Source: Jejuia sp. UBA6058
GTDB taxonomy: Bacteria > Bacteroidota > Bacteroidia > Flavobacteriales > Flavobacteriaceae
Assembly: GCA_002428965.1 (NCBI GenBank)
Contig: DIYI01000011.1
Span: 11,848 to 75,847 of the forward strand
DNA length: 64,000 nt
Reading direction: 5' to 3'
Every line of letters begins with the position of its first letter. Positions within the stretch are counted from its first letter, which is position 1. Below are positions 40,722-50,098 of this stretch, one piece after another. Under the pieces are notes generated by a model. It saw only the letters and a program-made list of their open reading frames with translations, was not told the DNA's origin and did no database searches. A program made the position numbers and the translations under genes.

Positions 40722-41933
40722 TCAATTTGATAAGTGATCAATTACCCATGATAATTCTCTTGTGATGGAATTTGTAAGGTCTTTTTGTAAATGCTCTGGT
40801 AATACACTCCAAGTGTAGGTTTCAACTTCAAGATGTTTACTGTATTTTGTTTTTTTCCAAAGATCAAGTGCTTTTATTATATCATCCTGCGTTGACTCCA
40901 AAACCTGAAAATTATCTACAAAAATGGGCACATGAAAGTGTGTTCTAAGTTCTTTAAAATTATCATCACTCATCAGGTTAATACCTTCTTTTAAATCAGA
41001 AAAATGATCAAATCTATTATCTTTCAATTTTACAACGGACTGATGTAAGTAAGTGGGTTCGTCAAATTGACGTAAACAAGATTGTTGTTTTTCTATTGAA
41101 ACTATTTCAGAACGTTTGCATTTAATGGCAGCACTTATCTGAATTTTACCAATTTTTATTTCGGCATCTTTCATACTGGAAATTACAAATTCCGGACTTT
41201 CATAAACCAATGCAAAATGGCAAACATCATAACACAGTTGTATGTGGTTTAAGATATGTTCTTTTGCTTTAAAAGAAGAACATTTTAATTCATCTGAAAG
41301 TTTTGCTATTCCATTTGTAAAAAGATGTTTCTTGTAAAAATCAAGAACTTCTTGCGTATTTTCTAAAAGACCATCAGGTTCTGGTTCAATGTCTAAATGC
41401 AAAAGTTTTCCAGTCTTTATTTTGATTTCAACCAGTTGAAGGACAACATCTATTAAAGCATCGCAAGCCTTTTCGGTTGCTTTATTTTTTTCTTCCTCAC
41501 TTTCAAACCAATATTTATATGATAATGGAGAAGTGGAAACTCCCCCTTCCATTCCTTCGGGAAGTAAATGGGCTAAAATATACATTAAATCTTTCGTGTA
41601 ATCTAGTCGCTCTTGGGTTGTCCAGTCTGGTTTGTGTACTTGGTCTTTTACTACAGTATTATGAAAATCGCCATATGGGAATCCATTCATAGTAAATACA
41701 TAAAGATTATTGGTGTCTAACCAATTTTTGAATTCTGAAAGATTATTATCTGCTAATAAAGCTCTTGCGCTTTTTTGAGATAAACGTAAACCAATACCAA
41801 AGTCTTCAGTTGGTGATATTTTGGTCTTTATATTAAGACAGTAAGTTTTTAAACTTTCAAATATTTCTTCCCAAGTTTCTCCAGGATGAATGTTGGTACA
41901 GTAGGTAAGATGCGCTTCTTTGTTAACAAGCAT
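40722..41933 (-). CDS. eboE: EboE, xylose-isomerase-like TIM-barrel protein
   Basis: LTYCTNIHPGE, MNGFPYGDFH, EPEPDG, CYDVCH, RTHFHVP, HLEVETYTW. Confidence 0.92.
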   Translation of the reverse strand: MLVNKEAHLTYCTNIHPGETWEEIFESLKTYCLNIKTKISPTEDFGIGLRLSQKSARALLADNNLSEFKNWLDTNNLYVFTMNGFPYGDFHNTVVKDQVHKPDWTTQERLDYTKDLMYILAHLLPEGMEGGVSTSPLSYKYWFESEEEKNKATEKACDALIDVVLQLVEIKIKTGKLLHLDIEPEPDGLLENTQEVLDFYKKHLFTNGIAKLSDELKCSSFKAKEHILNHIQLCYDVCHFALVYESPEFVISSMKDAEIKIGKIQISAAIKCKRSEIVSIEKQQSCLRQFDEPTYLHQSVVKLKDNRFDHFSDLKEGINLMSDDNFKELRTHFHVPIFVDNFQVLESTQDDIIKALDLWKKTKYSKHLEVETYTWSVLPEHLQKDLTNSITRELSWVIDHLSN

Positions 41934-41938
41934 TACTT

Positions 41939-43090
41939 TCAGTTTAATATGTTACTGTATTTCTTGAGGTATTGAATAGATGCTAATACCGTAACTTCGT
42001 CCATTTCGTTAACTTCAAATCCTTTTCCAAGTTTTTTTAATAGCATTATAGTAAGTTTTCCGCCAAGGTGTTCTCTAAACTCATTTAATCCAACTACAAT
42101 ATCAGGATTTAATTTTTCATTAAAAACATCAAACCCTAGGTTTAAAAAGCAGTTTAAAATTCGTTTTAACTCTAATCTGGAGATATGCCCTGTTAGATAA
42201 GAATAACAACTATCTAAAGATATACCAATGGCAACAGCTTCGCCATGTCTTATGCTGTAATTTGATAGCTGTTCTAATTTGTGAGCTGCCCAATGTCCAA
42301 AATCTAAAGGTCTGGAAGAACCCTGTTCAAAAGCATCACCAGAGTTTTGAATGTGTTGCATGTGCATATCTGCACATTTATAAATAAGGGCATTCATACA
42401 ATCTTTGTCTCTGGCATTTAAAAGAGAAATATTGTTTTCTATCCATACAAAAAAGTCATAATCTTTTATAAGAGCTACTTTTATAGCTTCAGAAATACCT
42501 GAGCGCCAGTCACGATCATCAAGAGTTGTTAGAAATTCGTCGTCGTTAATTATGGCATATGGTGCTGAAAACGTACCTACAAAGTTTTTCTTGTTGAAGT
42601 AATTGATGCTGTTTTTCACGCCAACGCCCGAGTCGTTTTGAGATAGAACAGTGGTTGGGATTCTTATTAATCTAACCCCTCGATGAGCAATAGCAGCTGC
42701 ATATCCAACGGCATCAAGAACAGCGCCTCCACCAATTGCAATGATGTAAGAGTGCCTATCGATACCATAGGCATTGACAGCTTCTAAAATTAGTTTAATA
42801 ATAGATTCATGGTTTTTTGCAGGTTCTCCTCCCGGAATTTCAATAATATCTCTTGCCAACTCTAGTTGCGAATTATGAGCATTAAAATAGTTTTTAATTT
42901 CATGTTTTAAATTAGAATCAGCAGCTGTAACACCATTATCTATAACAACAATCGCTTTGGCAATAGAAGATTTTTTCTTTATCGTATCTAATAAAACAAA
43001 ATTATTCTGGTTGAATAAGTGACTGGTGAAAATTAAGTTGAAGTTAAGTGTAACTTGTATAGATTGCTTTATAATTTTTGATTGATGCAT
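41939..43090 (-). CDS. eboD: EboD, 3-dehydroquinate-synthase-like sugar phosphate cyclase
   Basis: GGGAVLD, IPTTVLSQNDSGVGVKN, EAIKVALIKD, DFGHWAAHKLE, HGEAVAIG. Confidence 0.92.
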   Translation of the reverse strand: MHQSKIIKQSIQVTLNFNLIFTSHLFNQNNFVLLDTIKKKSSIAKAIVVIDNGVTAADSNLKHEIKNYFNAHNSQLELARDIIEIPGGEPAKNHESIIKLILEAVNAYGIDRHSYIIAIGGGAVLDAVGYAAAIAHRGVRLIRIPTTVLSQNDSGVGVKNSINYFNKKNFVGTFSAPYAIINDDEFLTTLDDRDWRSGISEAIKVALIKDYDFFVWIENNISLLNARDKDCMNALIYKCADMHMQHIQNSGDAFEQGSSRPLDFGHWAAHKLEQLSNYSIRHGEAVAIGISLDSCYSYLTGHISRLELKRILNCFLNLGFDVFNEKLNPDIVVGLNEFREHLGGKLTIMLLKKLGKGFEVNEMDEVTVLASIQYLKKYSNILN

Positions 43091-43091
43091 T

Positions 43092-43982
43092 TTACGTTAC
43101 TGCGAATTTTTTCGATAAAAATACGGAAATAGGCAGAAGTAATAGTGTTGCCACTGCTAAAATTACTGAGTTAAAGCCAGCTACATACGTCGCATTTAAA
43201 GGAATTAATGAGAGTATTCCAATTTTTACAGCTTTCATAATAGTCTTAGGGTTATTATTTATTATGGCATTAAGTTTCGCATAGCTATTTACAGTATACC
43301 AAATAATTAAGAAGACTATAGCTCTTTTAATCGAAAAATAAAAATGCTGCGAAATAAGATAGAAACCCAGAATGATAGAGGCATCTAAAGTCATGGCCAT
43401 TGTAATTGCTAACTTGTTGTTTCCTTTTGTTTCCTTTTGAGCTGTTAGTGTAATTGCCGAAATAAATAGAATCGGCAATATACCAATTAGATAATATTTC
43501 GGTTCTAGGTTTGAAATAATACTCATACCCAAAATAAGATTTAGGCCTCTGCATAGTCCCATATTTATTGGACCTAAGAATGTATAATTTTTACTGAATT
43601 TATCATAAATCAATGCCGAAACAGCAATTGCCAAGGCAATAATTCCACTAAAGATTGAAACATAAAATGCAGTTGCAACTCCTATAAAAAGTAAGGCAGC
43701 TCCTAATTTGATTGCCGATGTTAAAGATAGTCTTCCACTTGGGATAACACGTTCGGGTCTGTTTATCTTATCTTGTTTCAGATCAAAAATGTCATTAAAA
43801 ACGATACCTCCTCCATAAAGTCCTGAAGTAGATATGCACAAAAGCGTAATATGGAAAACAGATCGTTTGGTAAACTGAAAGTCCATAAAAAAACCGCTTA
43901 TAGCAATTCCAGCGATAACATCAGCAATAGCCGTTATTATATTTGCTGGACGCATTATTTGTAAAACAGGACGTAAATTCAT
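43092..43982 (-). CDS. eboC: EboC, UbiA-family prenyltransferase
   Basis: MRPANIITAIAD, Asp-rich NDIFDLKQDKINRPERVIPSG, MGLCRGLN; multiple TM helices. Confidence 0.92.
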   Translation of the reverse strand: MNLRPVLQIMRPANIITAIADVIAGIAISGFFMDFQFTKRSVFHITLLCISTSGLYGGGIVFNDIFDLKQDKINRPERVIPSGRLSLTSAIKLGAALLFIGVATAFYVSIFSGIIALAIAVSALIYDKFSKNYTFLGPINMGLCRGLNLILGMSIISNLEPKYYLIGILPILFISAITLTAQKETKGNNKLAITMAMTLDASIILGFYLISQHFYFSIKRAIVFLIIWYTVNSYAKLNAIINNNPKTIMKAVKIGILSLIPLNATYVAGFNSVILAVATLLLLPISVFLSKKFAVT

Positions 43983-44048
43983 TTAAACCACTTATGCGAA
44001 GTTTTTTAGTTCTTTGTTGAGAAAAATATATACCATACACAAGGAATA

Positions 44049-44951
44049 TTAATTTCTCGCAGACTTATAATTTATAATTTTAGGTTCTTGACCTCTTAAT
44101 ACAGAATTACCATCAAGCAAATCTGACTGATTTATAGTATTTTCACCTAACCAATCAGATTCATTAAATTGTCCACTTTGTCCATATATGTCTAAAGCAT
44201 TCTGATAGCATAATTTATGAACATCTTCTTTAGAGATGCCCTGTTCAAGCATAAGATTGCCAGTTCTTGCAACAGATAGAGGGTCGCTAACACCCCAATC
44301 TGCAGAACTGTCAACAATAATTTTTGTTGAACCGTATTTTTTGGCAACTTCAACCATTCTTTGCTTTCCCATTTTGGTTTTTGGATAAATGGTAAAGCCA
44401 GCCCAAAAACCACGATCTAAAACCGCTTTTACAGTTTCTTCGTTATTATGATCTATCACAACAAGGTGCGGTGGTATTTCGTGTTCTTCTATAACATCCA
44501 TACTCCTTAAGGTACCCTGTTTTTTATCACGATGTGGCGTATGTATCATTACGGGAAGATCAAATTCTTTTGCCATTTCTAACTGAATTCTAAAATACTT
44601 ATCCTCCAAATCTGTTTGGTCGTCATATCCAATTTCACCTATGGCCACGACACCTTCTTTTGCAATAAATTGTGGAAGTATTTCAATTACCTCTTCAGCA
44701 ACAGCTTCGTTATTGGCTTCTTTAGAATTTAGGCCCATGGTGCAGTAATGTTTTATTCCGAATTGCGAAGCTCTAAAACGTTCCCAGCCTACCAATGTGC
44801 TAAAATAATCTTTAAAAGAGCCCACATTGGTTCTGGGCTGTCCTAGCCAAAAAGCAGGTTCAATAACTGCAACGATTCCTGCATCTCGCATATTTTCATA
44901 ATCATCGGTGGTTCTTGAAACCATATGGATATGTGGGTCTATATACATCAT
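44049..44951 (-). CDS. eboB: EboB, TatD-family metallohydrolase
   Basis: DPHIHMVSRTTDDY, EPAFWLGQPR, GEIGYD, IHTPHRDK, DSSADWGVSDP. Confidence 0.92.
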   Translation of the reverse strand: MMYIDPHIHMVSRTTDDYENMRDAGIVAVIEPAFWLGQPRTNVGSFKDYFSTLVGWERFRASQFGIKHYCTMGLNSKEANNEAVAEEVIEILPQFIAKEGVVAIGEIGYDDQTDLEDKYFRIQLEMAKEFDLPVMIHTPHRDKKQGTLRSMDVIEEHEIPPHLVVIDHNNEETVKAVLDRGFWAGFTIYPKTKMGKQRMVEVAKKYGSTKIIVDSSADWGVSDPLSVARTGNLMLEQGISKEDVHKLCYQNALDIYGQSGQFNESDWLGENTINQSDLLDGNSVLRGQEPKIINYKSARN

Positions 44952-44957
44952 TAGTCT

Positions 44958-45761
44958 TTAATTTATTTTCCCAATTGCATCCCAATCTTCAGGAGAAATG
45001 GTAATGTTTTGGTCTAATAGTTTTTCAATTATCTCTTTTTCATTGCCTTCCAGTCCTCTTTTGGCAATAAGAGCTTTTATATCATCTCTTAAAAATCCAT
45101 CAATCATACGCCAAATTTCTAAGGAAACTTCTCTTCCCGCTACCCAACGTTCTTTTATGTAATCTTGAAGCATGTTTGCCAAATTCTCATTTTTGCCTTT
45201 ATCGATATCTTGAATTGGGTATAGCTTTCTTTCCATAAACAAAGATTTCAAGATAAGTTGGTTCCAAGAATTTTCATTTAAATAAGCCTGCGCAAAAGGA
45301 TTGCCTTGAGCCAAGGAGTCAAAAACATTAACCATATTCGTTCTTATGCCTTCTGTGAATTGATGGGAGAACTCCGAAGCATTTGAAAGTAGAAATAAGC
45401 CTTTATATAAACTAATCTGTTCTTTCATTTCTGCAATTTTAAAAAAATCTAGTAGTACTTTTTTGTTAATAGTCTTATCCAAGACAATCATTAAGCAAAC
45501 TCTGGAAAGATCTAGTTTTGTCCAAGGAGACTTTTTAAAACCGGGGTAAATATTCTTTAATTCCTCCACTTCACTAATTTTCCATTCACAAAACCCTTTA
45601 CTTATAAACCTTGAAGCAAGACTGAAAAAAACACCAAATTTTTTAGCATTTTCTGTTTTGGAAACAATATTGATTTTTGAATTCAACCAATCTAACTCTT
45701 TAGGATTAAGTTTGGAAGTTGTTATTTCTATGAACTTATTTCGATCTTGTTTGGAGGTCAT
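44958..45761 (-). CDS. eboA: EboA domain protein
   Basis: EGIRTNM...NPF, WNQLILKSLF, ERWVAGREV; located 6 nt upstream of eboB. Confidence 0.88.
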   Translation of the reverse strand: MTSKQDRNKFIEITTSKLNPKELDWLNSKINIVSKTENAKKFGVFFSLASRFISKGFCEWKISEVEELKNIYPGFKKSPWTKLDLSRVCLMIVLDKTINKKVLLDFFKIAEMKEQISLYKGLFLLSNASEFSHQFTEGIRTNMVNVFDSLAQGNPFAQAYLNENSWNQLILKSLFMERKLYPIQDIDKGKNENLANMLQDYIKERWVAGREVSLEIWRMIDGFLRDDIKALIAKRGLEGNEKEIIEKLLDQNITISPEDWDAIGKIN

Positions 45762-45787
45762 GTTAAGAAAGATGAAAAGTTTAGAAC

Positions 45788-46159
45788 TTACGCTTTTTTA
45801 GATGATTTAAGTTGAAAAAGTACACCAAAAGCAGCAATAAGCAATCCTAAGAACTCCCTAGATCCCTCAAGGTAAGGTTTGTCGTAAACCATTTCTCCAA
45901 ATATTTCCTCTTTGTGGTCTGTCTTTAAATAGTCAAGAAATAACGAAAAATGATACAGCGCAAATGCCACGAGTAAAGCAATAATTATCAATAAGATGCT
46001 CTTTGGTATCGTTCTGTAATTTGAATATAAACATATCCCTGCGACAATAAGATAAAGCGGGAACCAAATATATGGGTCTGGATCATTGAGCTGAACAATG
46101 CCAAATATTAAGAATAATAAGAAGAGAATTATATTTATTGCCTTTTTAGATATTTTCAT
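45788..46159 (-). CDS. TMEM220-family small membrane protein
   Basis: VQLNDPDPYIWFPLY, REFLGLLI; four hydrophobic segments. Confidence 0.8.
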   Translation of the reverse strand: MKISKKAINIILFLLFLIFGIVQLNDPDPYIWFPLYLIVAGICLYSNYRTIPKSILLIIIALLVAFALYHFSLFLDYLKTDHKEEIFGEMVYDKPYLEGSREFLGLLIAAFGVLFQLKSSKKA

Positions 46160-46279
46160 TTCAAGACTTTATTAAGAAAGATTAAGGGCATGCCTTAATA
46201 CTTAATGTAAAAATAATGAAAATTTGAGGATTATAAGCTTGGGTAAAGATATTTTGATGTCAAGAATTTAAAGACATTA

Positions 46280-47053
46280 TTAATTTAATTCCAAAAGCTC
46301 AATATTCTTAAACTCTACAGGATGACTTTCACTTTGCAATGAAATGTAACCACTTTTAAGAGGTTTTCCTTCCATGGATTTCCAATAATCTTCGTTGTAG
46401 TCAATATTTCCGCCTCCATATTGGGGTTTGTGATAGCGCATCACCTCTACACCATTAATAAAGTGCTTAATAATGGAATCGTTTCTCACCTCAATTTCAA
46501 TATGAACCCATTCTTCGCCATGATAGGTTTCGGAGCTGGATTTTATGCAATGTTCGGTTCTAAGTGAATCTATAACAACATTGGTTCCTGGAGTACATAA
46601 ATTAGCAGTTTCTCGTTCGTCAATACCATTACCTCCTAATAATTGCACTTCAATGGAAACAGGAAAGTTTTGATCTAAACCAATTTTCATTGGATCTTCA
46701 CAATGAATCATGATCCCACTGTTTCTATTAGCCCAATTTGCGCCATCGGAAAGTTGCTCTCCCGTAAACCTGTAATCCATTCTAAATTTATAGTTTGAGA
46801 AAGGGTTTTTGTAATAGATGTGACCAAATGTGTTATGAAATGAATCTTGGTACTTTTCGTAATTCACTTTCAAAACCCCATCTTCTGCAATAAAAGTATT
46901 ATTATAATTTTCTCCCGCAGGATAACCTTTAATTTTTACAATCCAGTCATCAAGATCCTTTCCGTTGAATAACTTTATCCATTTTTCTTTTTTGTCAGAA
47001 CAACCGGAACAAGTAATGATTAACAAGAGAACTACTAATAATTTTTGTTTCAT
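46280..47053 (-). CDS. DUF1080 (3-keto-disaccharide hydrolase family) lipoprotein
   Basis: LFNGKDLDDW, RNSGIM, SIEVQL, ANLCTPGT, GYISLQSESHPVEFKNIEL; lipobox-like CSGC. Confidence 0.9.
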   Translation of the reverse strand: MKQKLLVVLLLIITCSGCSDKKEKWIKLFNGKDLDDWIVKIKGYPAGENYNNTFIAEDGVLKVNYEKYQDSFHNTFGHIYYKNPFSNYKFRMDYRFTGEQLSDGANWANRNSGIMIHCEDPMKIGLDQNFPVSIEVQLLGGNGIDERETANLCTPGTNVVIDSLRTEHCIKSSSETYHGEEWVHIEIEVRNDSIIKHFINGVEVMRYHKPQYGGGNIDYNEDYWKSMEGKPLKSGYISLQSESHPVEFKNIELLELN

Positions 47054-47064
47054 TTCTTATATTT

Positions 47065-47661
47065 TTAAAGAGACCAAGCTTTTCCTTTTGTGGTTTCATC
47101 AACATCCACACAGCCTTTATGGTAGCCAGGTACGGGAACATATGGTAATATATCCTCACCAATTATTTTACTGTTTTTATATGCCCAAACGCTCATGCCT
47201 CTTAAGCCAGTTAGGGCGCTAAATACTAATTCCTGAGCTTCATTATAGTTTTTACGATCTTCTGGCTTTGATTTAAGATATGTGCTTAATAGTGCATCGT
47301 AGTTTTCTTTATTCAAATCTGATATTTGAAATTCTTTAGGTTTATCTACCCTTAATTCTTTGATGGTGGCTTCTAGTTCGGTTTTATAAGTTTCTTGTGC
47401 CTCCACATCAAACGTCTTGAATGCAAAAAGATCAATAAATTGAGGAACATTAACTTCAAGGGCACCGGGAGAAGTTTTAGTTTTTGGAAGTATTAAGTCT
47501 ACTAGATTTTTAATTACAATACCTTCATCCATGGATAAAAATTGTGGCACCCATTTTTCAGCTTCTGTAGTGCATCCTTGTAAAATACTTAACGCGCTTG
47601 GAGCTATGGCTGCATACCCAATAGATATTCCAATTTGTTTTAGTGCATCTCTTCTTTTCAT
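47065..47661 (-). CDS. Gluconate-2-dehydrogenase subunit-3 family, Tat-exported partner of the GMC enzyme
   Basis: MKRRDALK twin-Arg motif, LQGC, LILPKTKTSPGALEVNVPQFID, PVPGYHKGC...KAWSL. 4-nt overlap with the GMC stop. Confidence 0.88.
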   Translation of the reverse strand: MKRRDALKQIGISIGYAAIAPSALSILQGCTTEAEKWVPQFLSMDEGIVIKNLVDLILPKTKTSPGALEVNVPQFIDLFAFKTFDVEAQETYKTELEATIKELRVDKPKEFQISDLNKENYDALLSTYLKSKPEDRKNYNEAQELVFSALTGLRGMSVWAYKNSKIIGEDILPYVPVPGYHKGCVDVDETTKGKAWSL

Positions 47662-49352
47662 GGATGTTCTGCTTTAAATTTTTTAACAGCATGATTCGCA
47701 GCTCTTGCAGTAAGCGCCATATAAGTAAGTGATGGGTTTTGGCAAGCTGAAGATGTCATACAAGCCCCATCGGTAACATACACATTAGGTACAGCATGAA
47801 TTTGATTGTATTTATTAAGTACTGATGTTTTTGGGTCTCTACCCATACGGGCAGTACCCATTTCATGAATACCAATTCCAGGGGCACGTACTTGATTTCT
47901 AGTTTGGATATCCTTAAAACCAGCTTTTTCTAACATGGCGACCGCCTGAGCAACCATGTCATCTCTCATTGCATATTCATTGGCTTTCCATTCTGCATCA
48001 AAGGTAATAGTTGGTAAACCCCATTGGTCTAATTTATCATAATCTAGAGTCATTTTGTTATCATGATATGGTAAACACTCACCAAATCCACCAATGCCAA
48101 AACGCCAATCGCCCGGTTCCAACATTTTTTCTTTGAATTCTGCACCATAAGCTAGTTCTTCAGTGGATGTTACATAATCACTTCTACTTGCACGTCCTTG
48201 GTAGCCATATCCTCTTAAGAAGTTTTTGTTTTCACTGGCTTTATCGCCTAAATTTACAAATCTTGGAATGTAGACCCCATTTGGTCGTCTGCCGTAATAA
48301 TATTTGTCTTTAAAACCATCATATCTGCCAGAGGCTCCAGCACCTAAGTGATGGTCCATAATATTATGTCCTAGTTCACCAGAATCATTACCTAACCCGT
48401 TAGGAAATCTATCAGATTTTGATTGCATTAATATAGATGCAGAAGCAATTGCAGAAGCACAACAGAAAATGATATTCGCTTTAAATTCAAGCTTTTCCCT
48501 GGTTTCGGCATCAATTATTTTTACACCTGTTGCTCGTTTTTTATCAGCGTCATAAACAATTTCATAAGCAATAGAATTGGGACGTAACGTCATATTTCCT
48601 GTGCGTTCTGCAGCCGGAAGTGTAGAGGCGTTACTGCTAAAATAACCACCATAGGGGCAACCTCTAATACATCTATTCCTAAATTGGCATTTACTTCTGC
48701 CTTCCCTAGGTTCTGCTTTGGTAGAGTGTGCAACACGCCCAATAGTCAATACACGTCCAAAGTCTTTCTGCATACTTTCTTGCATGTGTTGTTCAACACA
48801 ATTAAGTTCCATAGGTGGATCAAATTCGCCATCGGGTAGTTGAGGTAAACCAAGAGCTTTACCACTTACACCTATGTACTTTTCTACGTGACTGTACCAA
48901 GGGGCAATATCTTTATATCTAATAGGCCAATCAACACCATGTCCATCCCGTTTATTTGCCGTAAAATCCAAATCACTCAACCTGTAGGATTGTCTGCCCC
49001 ATGTAATAGAACGCCCGCCTACATGATACCCACGCATCCAGTCAAAACGCTTTTTTTCATTGTACGGGTGTTCTAAATCGTTTACAAACCAATGTTTACT
49101 CTCGTTTTTTACAGTATACTTTGTTCTGCTTTGTTTTGGGTATTTTTTTTTCTCTTCTGCGGAAATATTACCTTTTAGGTCCTGATCCCAGGGGTTTAAG
49201 TTTGCAGTATGGTAGTCCTCTATGTGCCTTACCATGCGTCCACGTTCCAATACTAGAGTTTTAAGGCCGCCTTTGCATAGTTCTTTTGCCGCCCATCCTC
49301 CCGTAATTCCTGTACCAATAACAATTGCGTCATACATGTTTTTCATATTCAT
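47658..49352 (-). CDS. GMC-family FAD oxidoreductase, probable glycoside 3-dehydrogenase large subunit
   Basis: GTGITGGWAAKEL, VGGRSITWGRQSY, Cys cluster CQFRNRCIRGC, HEMGTARMG, NPSLTYMALTARA; no signal peptide of its own. Confidence 0.88.
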   Translation of the reverse strand: MNMKNMYDAIVIGTGITGGWAAKELCKGGLKTLVLERGRMVRHIEDYHTANLNPWDQDLKGNISAEEKKKYPKQSRTKYTVKNESKHWFVNDLEHPYNEKKRFDWMRGYHVGGRSITWGRQSYRLSDLDFTANKRDGHGVDWPIRYKDIAPWYSHVEKYIGVSGKALGLPQLPDGEFDPPMELNCVEQHMQESMQKDFGRVLTIGRVAHSTKAEPREGRSKCQFRNRCIRGCPYGGYFSSNASTLPAAERTGNMTLRPNSIAYEIVYDADKKRATGVKIIDAETREKLEFKANIIFCCASAIASASILMQSKSDRFPNGLGNDSGELGHNIMDHHLGAGASGRYDGFKDKYYYGRRPNGVYIPRFVNLGDKASENKNFLRGYGYQGRASRSDYVTSTEELAYGAEFKEKMLEPGDWRFGIGGFGECLPYHDNKMTLDYDKLDQWGLPTITFDAEWKANEYAMRDDMVAQAVAMLEKAGFKDIQTRNQVRAPGIGIHEMGTARMGRDPKTSVLNKYNQIHAVPNVYVTDGACMTSSACQNPSLTYMALTARAANHAVKKFKAEHP

Positions 49353-49360
49353 TTTTTAAT

Positions 49361-49975
49361 TTATAAAGGCAAAGCTTTTCCTTTTGTGGTTTCTTTCAAA
49401 GATACAGCCATTATAATCTCTTTGGACAGGATCATAGGCTAAAACCTCTTCTCCTGTTTTTTTAAGATGTGTAAATCCCAATATAGTATAATAAAGGACT
49501 GCCGGAAGAAATTTATATATATGGTAAATATCAGTTTCTTTTTCTGAAACGCTTTTAATGTTTAGTTTTTGTTGATTTATTACTTTTTTATGCTTTTTCG
49601 AAAGATCGAAATCAAAACTGAAAATTAAGTAAAAGTTTTCTTTGTTAATATTAGAAATGGGTTTGTCTTTGCTTTGTATGGTCTTTTTTATGAATGGCTT
49701 AGGGCCTTTTTTAAAAATAGTTTTGTTTAATTCTGTTTCTATATCATTATGCACCATATCAATAAATTGTGAAATGTTTACATTTAGAACTTTATATAAG
49801 TCATACTTAGGTAAAATGATACTCGCTATGGGGATCACAATGTACCTTTCTTCTTTTGAAAGAAATAAAAAAGTACAAGTTTCTATATTATTTGAACAAG
49901 ACGATAACATACTTAAGTATTGTTTGAGTAGTCACCGTAGAGCCAATGCTCATAGTTAGATTTATTGGCTTGGAA
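49361..49975 (-). pseudogene. Frameshifted relic of a second subunit-3 (Tat partner) gene
   Basis: Middle frame FLSKEERYIV..IILPK..LNVNISQFID and GEEVLAYDPV..YNGCI aligns with the 47065..47661 product. N-terminus (NLTMSIG...TIL) and C-terminus (ETTKGKALPL*) are in other frames. No twin-Arg start. Confidence 0.8.
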
Positions 49976-50098
49976 TTAAAGTAAGAATTTGACAAAGATT
50001 TGTATGAATTTTTCTTAAAAGGGTAGAAATTACTAAATATTTTTATAATAAATGGGAAATTAACTATTTTGCATAGGTAACTTGTTTAAATTTTTTCA

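Noticed and set aside
41939-43090. Housekeeping aroB
   Set aside because: Carries EboD-type motifs (SQNDSGVGVKN, DFGHWAAHKLE) and sits between eboC and eboE rather than with shikimate genes.
44049-44951. Housekeeping TatD DNase
   Set aside because: EPAFWLGQPR and SADWG motifs and operon position indicate EboB.
46990-47020. CSGC in the DUF1080 protein as a heme-binding motif
   Set aside because: Followed by Ser, not His, and lies at the end of the signal peptide (lipobox).
49356-49910. 184-aa ORF taken as an intact hypothetical gene
   Set aside because: It is the middle frame of a frameshifted pseudogene; both true ends are in other frames.
49642-49959. 105-aa plus-strand ORF
   Set aside because: Antisense to the subunit-3 pseudogene, whose homology explains the sequence.
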